From the IMG/VR virus record IMGVR_UViG_3300003320_000468, positions 3,678-67,677 of that record: 64,000 nucleotides of DNA, one strand, 5' to 3'. The position numbers were made by a program, and so were the translations under genes. The notes beneath the pieces are model-generated. The model searched no databases. It was given only the letters and a program-made list of their open reading frames with translations, and was not told the origin of the DNA. Source of the stretch: a virus. Its lineage: Duplodnaviria > Caudoviricetes. Each line of letters begins with the position of its first letter. Position 1 is the first letter of the stretch. Below, in pieces: positions 26,739 through 33,736 of the stretch.

Positions 26739-28000
26739 GCGGACGCTCCTTCCAGATCGGCCGCCGCTTCGGCGAGCGCCTCAGCTTCGAGCGCCGCGAG
26801 ATCGGTGCGCTCGTCGGTCATCCACTTGTGCGCGGTCGACTTGCTCCACAGCGGCGCGCCGTCGTCCCCGAGGGGCGCCGCGTCGCCGAGCTGGCGGACC
26901 GAGGGCCGCTTGCCGAGCGCGAGATACAGGCGCTTGAACGCCGCCTCGAAGTCGGCGGGCGAGATCTTCCCGGCGGCCCGGCGGGGCTTCCGCGGCGCCG
27001 CCGGTACGGCAGGCAGTACGGGCGCCGCGGGGAGCGCGGGCAGGCGGAGGAACTCCGGGGCTACCGGCTTCGCGACCGCGGCCGTCGGCGCAGCTTCGGC
27101 GGGCGCCGGGGCGGTGCGCTGCTCGATCTGGTGCCGGATGAACTCCGGGGCGGTGCGCTCGACGGCGGTGAACCGGCGGTACAGGCGCCGCTCAACCTCC
27201 TCCTCGGTGTCCTGGTCCCACAGGCCGCGGGCGTCGAGGCCGTCCATGAGTTCCTGCTGCTTCTCTTCCAGGGCCTCGCGGAGCGGGCGGCGCAGCCCGC
27301 GCCAGCGGGTCTTGCCGGGCTCGGCGTTGTGGAGGCGGTGGACGCAGCGCACGTACCGGGTGATGCGCCGCTGCCGGTCGAGCTCGTTCGTGTCCTCCTC
27401 GGTCGGAGTCCACAGGCGCAGGGCGACCGCGGCCCGCAGGAACATGCGGGTGAGCCACGAGCGGGCGGCGCTGTCGCCGTGCTCGTGGGCCTGCTCGGCG
27501 GCGAGGGCGATCTCCCAGGCGAGCGCGGCCACGTAGGCGGGGATTGCGGCGAACCAGGAGCCCTCGCCCCACCAGGAGGCCGCGGCCATGAGCGTCGCGA
27601 GCCCGAAGGTCAAGTAACGGTAGGGGTCGAACTTCCCGGGGTGCTTCATGCGCTGCCGGTAGGACAGGCCCGCCGAGATCGCCATGAAGACCTCGAACAT
27701 GACGAAGGCGCAGACCTTCTCGATCGTCGCGTCGTAGCCGACCTTGTGGAGCGCGCCCCGGATGCCCTTGTTGGACATGACGGTCGCGGCGAGGGCGACG
27801 ACACCGACGGCCATGAAGATGGTGCGGCGCGCGGAGGGGCGGCTGAGGTCGCGGGTTGCGTTCCAGAGCGCTTTGGCGGCCTTGACGATGCCGACGAGGA
27901 GCGCGACGGCGACGACGGCCCCGGCGCCGAAGAGCACGGCCTGTACGGGATCGCTGAAAGGGACGCCGGTCCACTGCTCAAGTAGGGTGGGAGGTGCCAT
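26735..28000 (-). CDS. DUF2637/SpdA-like membrane protein with C-terminal HTH-like segment
   Basis: Several N-terminal TMs, coiled coil, C-terminal RPSVRQL..SKSTAHKW; start may be 28018. Confidence 0.6.
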   Translation of the reverse strand: MAPPTLLEQWTGVPFSDPVQAVLFGAGAVVAVALLVGIVKAAKALWNATRDLSRPSARRTIFMAVGVVALAATVMSNKGIRGALHKVGYDATIEKVCAFVMFEVFMAISAGLSYRQRMKHPGKFDPYRYLTFGLATLMAAASWWGEGSWFAAIPAYVAALAWEIALAAEQAHEHGDSAARSWLTRMFLRAAVALRLWTPTEEDTNELDRQRRITRYVRCVHRLHNAEPGKTRWRGLRRPLREALEEKQQELMDGLDARGLWDQDTEEEVERRLYRRFTAVERTAPEFIRHQIEQRTAPAPAEAAPTAAVAKPVAPEFLRLPALPAAPVLPAVPAAPRKPRRAAGKISPADFEAAFKRLYLALGKRPSVRQLGDAAPLGDDGAPLWSKSTAHKWMTDERTDLAALEAEALAEAAADLEGASA

Positions 28001-28096
28001 CGCTTGGGGCCAATCCAATCGGTGGTCGCAGCCCTGCCGGAGCGCCGCTCGGGTGGGGCTGTTGTCGTATCGGCCAACGAAGGCCGCGCCATGCTA

Positions 28097-28115
28097 TATG
28101 GCGACTGTCGCCATA
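28097..28115. promoter_or_regulatory. palindromic operator candidate upstream of the tra/spd genes
   Basis: TATGGCGAC-T-GTCGCCATA perfect inverted repeat in a lower-GC intergenic gap. Confidence 0.55.
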
Positions 28116-28219
28116 CAGTCTGACATACGGTGCAGCGGGTGTCCACCCCGGTCCATGGACGCTGTCCACCGGGCACGACGAAGGCCCCGCCCGGACGGAC
28201 GGAGCCTCGGATCGCGCGT

Positions 28220-28666
28220 TCAGCTCGTGGCGGAGATGACGGCCGCGGCGGCGGTGATGAGCGCGAGCGCGCCGAGGAGGATCGCGACCTCGATCCAGCC
28301 CCATTTGGCGGCGAGGATCGCCTGGAGCCGCCGCACCTCCGCGGCATACCCCGCCTCGGCGGTCGCACCCCCAGCGGCACGCTGCTGCGCGGCGGCGATG
28401 ATCGCGGCGCGGGACTGGCGGCGCTGGAGTCCGCGGGGGCGGCGGGGCAGGAGCGCGGCACCGATCGGTGCGGCCATGGCGACCGCGAGGATCAGCGCCC
28501 ACGCCCCGAGGGTCCGGGCCTCCCCGGCGAGCCCGGCGAGGAGCCCGGACGCAGCCAGCGCACCGCCCGGCGCGAGGAGGAGGAGCGAGGCTTTCTGGTC
28601 GGCGTGGCGGGTGGTCTCACGGAGCGAGGCGATCTGGGATCGGAGCTCGTCGGTCGTGGTCGGCAT
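28220..28666 (-). CDS. DUF5706/Pycsar-effector-like membrane protein
   Basis: RHADQKAS motif before TM1, K..W before the last TM; three TM segments. Confidence 0.6.
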   Translation of the reverse strand: MPTTTDELRSQIASLRETTRHADQKASLLLLAPGGALAASGLLAGLAGEARTLGAWALILAVAMAAPIGAALLPRRPRGLQRRQSRAAIIAAAQQRAAGGATAEAGYAAEVRRLQAILAAKWGWIEVAILLGALALITAAAAVISATS

Positions 28667-28721
28667 GCTGGTCTCCCGGGGTGTTGGCGGCCCGGGACGT
28701 GAGCCCCGGGCCGCAGGGTGG

Positions 28722-29219
28722 TTAGGCCGCCGCGCGGGTGCGGTAGGCGGCCACGGCGGCGGTGAGGATCGTGTCGTGGTCGAATCCGAGGCCGGTCGCG
28801 CGCGCCTCGGCGACGTTCACGAACCGGGCCTCCGTGGCGTCGGAGCCGGCCACGAGCCCGTGTACCGGCCCCTCGTGGAACGGCGGGACGGCTGCGTGCG
28901 GGGCGAGGTAGGCGGCGGTGATGACGCGGCCCCGCGGGTCGCGGTCGACCGCGGAGTAGGTGCCGATGAGGACGAGGTTGCTGGGATTCGCGAGTGCGGC
29001 GGTCTCCTCGCGGAGTTCGCGGCAGGCGGCGTCCTCCAGGGACTCGTCGTCGGGTTCGAGGTGCCCGCCGGGGAGGACGTACGCGCCCTCGAACGGGGGC
29101 TTGCCGCGCCGGACGAGGAGGACTTCCAGGTCGCTGTCGTCCTCGCGGGGCGTGTAGATGATGGGGACGATCACCGCGATGTCGACAGTGAGGAGGTAGA
29201 GGTGGCGGTCTTCGGTCAT
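28722..29219 (-). CDS. Nudix hydrolase (ADP-ribose pyrophosphatase/Pif-like)
   Basis: Nudix box GGHLEPDDESLEDAACRELREET; RDPR and FDH motifs. Confidence 0.85.
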   Translation of the reverse strand: MTEDRHLYLLTVDIAVIVPIIYTPREDDSDLEVLLVRRGKPPFEGAYVLPGGHLEPDDESLEDAACRELREETAALANPSNLVLIGTYSAVDRDPRGRVITAAYLAPHAAVPPFHEGPVHGLVAGSDATEARFVNVAEARATGLGFDHDTILTAAVAAYRTRAAA

Positions 29220-29298
29220 GTTGCTCCTTGGGGTTGTGGCCCGGGCCAGTCTCGGGCCTCCGGGGGGGTACTCACCCGGCGAGTACCCCCGGGCCGGT

Positions 29299-29451
29299 CT
29301 ACTTGGCGTGGCGGCCCTTCGGCCGGTCGGCCTGGTCCTTCGGCTTGTCGTCCTTCTTGTGGTTGACGACGACCTTGCCCTTCGATCCGTCGCCGACCGC
29401 ACCGATGTTCACGGTGTTGCCGTCGCCGACCGCGGCGATGTTCTTGCCCAT
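29299..29451 (-). CDS. 50 aa hypothetical protein with NIxAVGDG repeat
   Basis: GAGAGGA RBS; MGKNIAAVGDGNTVNIGAVGDGSK...; absent from the supplied ORF track. Confidence 0.5.
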   Translation of the reverse strand: MGKNIAAVGDGNTVNIGAVGDGSKGKVVVNHKKDDKPKDQADRPKGRHAK

Positions 29452-29759
29452 GTGTTGTCCTCTCGGGTTGGGTGGGCCCCGGTTGAGCGAGGCCTTCGGT
29501 TGGTCAGAAGTCGCCGTGCGACGGTGAGGTCGTGGCAGGTGCCGTTCCGACCGTGCGCCTTGTAGTCGTCGTCGGTCTCGAAGTCGACGTTCTCCCGCCC
29601 GGAGAAGAAGACGATGCGGTTGCCCGCGTCGTGGAGAGCCTGGACGGTCCTGATGACCGGCCAGTTCGGGAGGTCGGCGTCGGCAAGGTGGTAGTGGAAC
29701 GGGTCCCTGTCACCCTTGAGGGCGATGGTGCCGTCGATGTCGACGATGACGTAGCTCAT
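29409..29759 (-). pseudogene. truncated HAD 3'-phosphatase (PNKP C-terminal-like)
   Basis: VDIDGT motif I and FSGR motif II present; later motifs absent, sequence runs into the next gene. Confidence 0.6.
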
Positions 29760-29803
29760 GAGGTTCCTCTCGGGCGGGCCCCAGTTGCCCGGGGCCCTGG
29801 GTC

Positions 29804-30211
29804 CTAGTGGTCGAGGGCGGTGGTGAGGAGCCAGTCGACGGCGTCGGCGAGGCTCATGTCCCGATCGCTGGCCCAGTCGGCGACGCGGGCGGCGATGGCG
29901 AGCGACAGTTCGACCGTGGCCGGCTCCTCGACGGCCGGATCCTCCACATCGTCGTCGGCGAGCTCGTCCTCGGTGACCAGCGTCAGGACGACGCGGTCGC
30001 TGTCGTCGGAGACGATCCCCCACACAGTCTTGGTAGCCCACTTGAAGTTGGTGACGAACCGGGCGGCGCTTGCGAGGGACCTTGCCGACTCGACGGGACG
30101 CGCTTCGCTGTAGGTGTGCTCCTTGACGACGCCGTCGATGGTGAGGGTGATGTGGATGTCGCGCCCGGCCTCGGTGGCGGTACTGGTGGCGGTTCCGGCG
30201 GTGACGTTCAT
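29804..30211 (-). CDS. hypothetical protein, first gene of the leftward operon
   Basis: GAGAGGAG RBS; C-terminal short helical segment. Confidence 0.55.
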   Translation of the reverse strand: MNVTAGTATSTATEAGRDIHITLTIDGVVKEHTYSEARPVESARSLASAARFVTNFKWATKTVWGIVSDDSDRVVLTLVTEDELADDDVEDPAVEEPATVELSLAIAARVADWASDRDMSLADAVDWLLTTALDH

Positions 30212-30244
30212 TTCGGGGCTCCTCTCGGGGGTATGCATCTATTA

Positions 30245-30313
30245 TGACGACCATGGAAGGCAATTAACATCCTCCGAACGGATGATATTGACGACAGACC
30301 AAGGCAATATAAT
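30245..30313. promoter_or_regulatory. divergent control region with two TGACGAC-N5-AAGGCAAT repeats and TATAAT
   Basis: Repeats at 30245-30264 and 30289-30308; TATAAT 30308-30313 ends 6 nt before ATG 30320. Confidence 0.6.
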
Positions 30314-30319
30314 GGGGGC

Positions 30320-30553
30320 ATGGACCCAGACGAACTCACACGCCTCTCCATCACCGCAGAGGAAGCCCAACAAGCCGCCACGGCAGCCATCCGCGCCCGC
30401 GACCGAGCCATCGTCACCGCCGCAGAGGAAGGCATGCCGCAGCCCGTCATCATCGAAGCCACCGGCCTCAGCCGCGACCGCATCCGCATCATCGAACGCG
30501 CCGGCGGCGTGCCCGAACGCAAGCGCGGCCGACCCAGAAAGGACTCCCGATGA
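30320..30553 (+). CDS. small HTH protein with AT-hook-like RKRGRPRK tail
   Basis: [24 protein letters not shown]-like segment; probably leaderless. Confidence 0.65.
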   Translation: MDPDELTRLSITAEEAQQAATAAIRARDRAIVTAAEEGMPQPVIIEATGLSRDRIRIIERAGGVPERKRGRPRKDSR

Positions 30554-31128
30554 TCCTCGCCGACCACGAGCTCCTCGATGCCGTCAAGTCGGGCCGCCTC
30601 GGCATCGACCCGTTCGACGAGGTGCTCGTGCAGCCCTCCAGCATCGACGTGCGCCTCGACCGCCGCTTCCGGGTGTTCAACAACCAGAAGTACACGCACA
30701 TCGACCCCTCCCGGCAGCAGGACGAGCTGACCTCGCCCGTGGAGGTCGCTGACGACGAGCCGTTCGTGCTCCACCCGAGCGAGTTCGTGCTCGCCTCGAC
30801 CCTGGAGGTCATCTCCCTCCCCGACGACCTCGCCGCCCGCCTCGAAGGCAAGTCCAGCCTCGGGCGCCTGGGCCTGCTCACCCACTCCACCGCCGGGTTC
30901 ATCGACCCGGGCTTCTCCGGGCACGTCACCCTGGAGCTCTCGAACGTCGCGAACCTGCCCATCACGCTGTGGCCGGGCATGAAGATCGGGCAGCTGTGCC
31001 TGTTCGGGTTGTCGTCGCCGGCTCAGCACCCGTATGGGTCTGGGGCTGCGGGGTCGCGGTATCAGGGGCAGGAGGGGCCGACGCCGTCACGGTCGTGGAT
31101 CGGCTGGCAGACCTGGCCCGTGGCCTGA
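30550..31128 (+). CDS. dcd: dCTP deaminase
   Basis: [38 protein letters not shown]. Confidence 0.95.
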   Translation: MILADHELLDAVKSGRLGIDPFDEVLVQPSSIDVRLDRRFRVFNNQKYTHIDPSRQQDELTSPVEVADDEPFVLHPSEFVLASTLEVISLPDDLAARLEGKSSLGRLGLLTHSTAGFIDPGFSGHVTLELSNVANLPITLWPGMKIGQLCLFGLSSPAQHPYGSGAAGSRYQGQEGPTPSRSWIGWQTWPVA

Positions 31129-31230
31129 CACGAATGAGCGGCCCTCCCCAATGCCGGGAAGGGCCGCTACGCTGGGTTCTGATGCCTTGTCAGCGTCGTC
31201 CAGTCTGCGTCGTCGGTGGGCCCGTCAACG

Positions 31231-31410
31231 TCAGCGCTGGGCGGCGCGCAACAAGCTGCTGAACTCCTCAGTCCGCAAATCGAACACCGGCGACTCAGTG
31301 CCGAGCTTCGAATCGCGAACCTGGAAACCCCCCGCGGCGGTACGGGCCTCGACGCAGTTCGAGTCCGCGGTCCCCTGACTCCGGGTGGATTTGCGCCATC
31401 TGCCTGGCAT
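31231..31410 (-). CDS. DUF397 family protein
   Basis: MPGRWRKSTRS..NCVEAR..VRDSK (59 aa, below the ORF-track cutoff). Confidence 0.85.
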   Translation of the reverse strand: MPGRWRKSTRSQGTADSNCVEARTAAGGFQVRDSKLGTESPVFDLRTEEFSSLLRAAQR

Positions 31411-31419
31411 GCTCTGCTC

Positions 31420-32229
31420 CTAGATGATCTCTGCATTGTCCCGAGCGGCAACGAACGTCCGCTCGTACAGAGACACTACGTCCGGGTCATCGACATAGCG
31501 ACAGCCGTCCACGGCGTCCAGGAACACGAATGGCGGGATCTCGGAACCGGCGACCACGGTAAACGAATTGGCGGTCGCCGCATGCAGCCGCTTGAGGACG
31601 CGAATGGTGACGTTGGGCCTCGCCGCCATCGCGTGGAGTCGCTCCATCTGCCCGTCTCGGACCGGGCCGGGCAGCTGCTGGAGGTAGTGCATCGCGGCGA
31701 ACCCGATGATGAATTCGAACTCCGGGAAGTCGGTGCGCTCGTCAAGCGCCTGCTGGCGGTGCGCCCTCAACCCTTGGGCGGCTGCGCTGTCCTCCTCTGA
31801 GATCGGCAGGCCCGCATCCTGGATGCAGCGCAGGTACTCCATGGTCTGCGTCGGCCCGGGGAGCACCTCGGTCTCGATGCCCCAGATACGGTTCGCGGTC
31901 TGCTCGGATTCGAGGAAGAGCGGAGTCTTCGGGGCAGTCGTGGTGCCGCGCCCCTTGTCGAAGTACGGCTCCCACCAGCCTTTCTCCTGCCCGCGGTTGG
32001 CGAGGTCGCAGAGTCGGGATTTCTCCTCGGCGGAGACTCCGAACTGCTCGCACAGCTCCTTGACCTCTAGATAGCTCGTGGGCCGCTCGCCGTCTTCGAG
32101 GCGGCCGAAAGTCTGGCGGCTGACGCCGATGATTGCGCCGGCCTCCTGAGGGGACATGCGGTGTTCGATGCGGAGACGTTTGAAGGCCAGGCCGAGCGCT
32201 CGACGGGCCAGTGTCGGTTGTTCAGGCAT
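31420..32229 (-). CDS. XRE-family HTH plus DUF5753 transcriptional regulator
   Basis: ALGLAFKRLR HTH N-terminus; LPGPTQT.EY; paired with DUF397. Confidence 0.85.
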   Translation of the reverse strand: MPEQPTLARRALGLAFKRLRIEHRMSPQEAGAIIGVSRQTFGRLEDGERPTSYLEVKELCEQFGVSAEEKSRLCDLANRGQEKGWWEPYFDKGRGTTTAPKTPLFLESEQTANRIWGIETEVLPGPTQTMEYLRCIQDAGLPISEEDSAAAQGLRAHRQQALDERTDFPEFEFIIGFAAMHYLQQLPGPVRDGQMERLHAMAARPNVTIRVLKRLHAATANSFTVVAGSEIPPFVFLDAVDGCRYVDDPDVVSLYERTFVAARDNAEII

Positions 32230-32451
32230 GGGGTCAGTGTGGCATGACCGTCATGGACATGTCCAGATTTGGCCGACCGCCGTGGACAGTCCAAGACGGG
32301 CAGCCCGTGTTCTCTTCCCCCACAGGTGTTGCCCGTCATACCGTCGAGATATGGGAGGCGCCGCGAAGCGCTGAACAGTAAGCGGCGGGGCGCCGGTTCG
32401 ACAAGGCATCTTCCGGCGTCCCGCCCCACGTCAACCAGAGGAGCTAGCTCT

Positions 32452-32757
32452 GTGACGCACATGAACAGCGTAGACACCGACAGCCCCCCAGGGCAAGACG
32501 CCATCAGCTCGTGGGGCGTGTGGATGGGGACGATCACCCTGGAGCCCACCGGCGACACCGCCGGGGAGCTCTGGTTCACCCCCGACCACGGCGCGCGTAA
32601 GAAGTTCGGGTCGGTCGCCCTCGACACCGAGCGCGACCAGTACATCGTCAAGTGGAACCGCCCCGCGCGCATGACCATCGACAACTACCAAATCGAGGTC
32701 ATCGACCGCCAAATCCACTACGCGATGACCAACCACGCGAGGAGCCGGGTCCGATGA
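32452..32757 (+). CDS. hypothetical protein
   Basis: GAGGAG RBS with GTG start; divergent from XRE gene. Confidence 0.55.
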   Translation: MTHMNSVDTDSPPGQDAISSWGVWMGTITLEPTGDTAGELWFTPDHGARKKFGSVALDTERDQYIVKWNRPARMTIDNYQIEVIDRQIHYAMTNHARSRVR

Positions 32758-32978
32758 GCGCCTTCGAGTTCGGCGGGATGACGCTCGACCCGCGCACCGC
32801 CACCGACCCGTCCTCCGGGGAGTCCATCACGTACGTGTACCGGACCGACGTCCACCCGGAATCGCTGGTTGCCCTGTCTTCGAGCGCGGGCTTGTACCTC
32901 CAGCGGGACTACCGGGGCTTGGACCCCGACGTCCTCGCCGCCGAGATCGCCCGCCGAGCATCCACGGCGTCGGTATGA
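32754..32978 (+). CDS. hypothetical protein
   Basis: ATGA coupling. Confidence 0.55.
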   Translation: MSAFEFGGMTLDPRTATDPSSGESITYVYRTDVHPESLVALSSSAGLYLQRDYRGLDPDVLAAEIARRASTASV

Positions 32979-33268
32979 CCCTTATCCTGCCCGCGACCAC
33001 CCGCCGCGCCGAACGTGACCAGCGCCGACACGACGCCCGCGAGGGCACCTCGCGGTGCCGCGAGTGCGGCGAGATGGTGCCGTGCCGGGCGTGGACGGTC
33101 GCGCAGGCGGTCCTCGTCCTCGCCAGCGAGCAGGAGCAGGCTCGCCGCCGCCCGGCGCGGGGACGCGCCCGGGTCCCGACTCGATCTGACCCACTCCCGC
33201 GGCGCCCTGACGCGCCGCGGCCTCCAGGCGGCCTGGCTGGCGTCGTCTGGCGGTACGAGGGCCCCTAG
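32975..33268 (+). CDS. hypothetical protein with CxxC..C motif
   Basis: ATGA coupling; CRECGEMVPC. Confidence 0.45.
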   Translation: MTLILPATTRRAERDQRRHDAREGTSRCRECGEMVPCRAWTVAQAVLVLASEQEQARRRPARGRARVPTRSDPLPRRPDAPRPPGGLAGVVWRYEGP

Positions 33269-33472
33269 CCCTCCCCCTGCGGGCCAGGGGTTGCACTCTC
33301 CGGTCCCGCCCTTCGGTGGGCCGCCGCTTCGGGGCAGTCGCGGCGGCCCACCCCCCTCGGCCCCGACCGCGCTGGTGGCGGCCGGGGCTCTCACTCTTGT
33401 GGGGGACTTTGAAGTCAATCTTGATGGGGTAGGCAACACCTCTCCCCTATTCGCCCGCTCGCCGAGTGGGCA

Positions 33473-33524
33473 GAGCGGCCCGGCGTACGGCTTGGGGGTC
33501 AGTCCGTCGGGTCGCTCCTTTTTT
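33473..33524 (+). terminator. intrinsic terminator-like hairpin
   Basis: 13-bp stem (two GU pairs) 33473-33485/33505-33517 followed by CTTTTTT. Confidence 0.55.
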
Positions 33525-33629
33525 GCCCTCTAATCAGACAAGTCGGGTGGCCGTTTGGGGGATGTCTGGGATCGATAACACGGAGGAGAGTGGTCCTCGG
33601 GTACCAACCCCGTGTGGGCTGGAAACAAG

Positions 33630-33658
33630 ACCGCCGCCCGGCATCGCCGGGCGGCGGT
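33630..33658. terminator. stem-loop upstream of integrase
   Basis: ACCGCCGCCCGGC/GCCGGGCGGCGGT 13-bp perfect stem. Confidence 0.5.
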
Positions 33659-33736
33659 TCTCTGCTCCTGCCCCAACTACCAGCAGATTCATATGCACTA
33701 TAAACACGCCTCCAGCTCACTGGATGCGCGTGAAAA

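Noticed and set aside
28220-28666. A complete Pycsar anti-phage system
   Set aside because: No pyrimidine cyclase gene is recognisable; only an effector-like membrane protein in a transfer context.
33671-33678. CCCCAACT resembling one arm of phiC31 attP
   Set aside because: An 8-bp match without the matching inverted arm is not enough to call attP.
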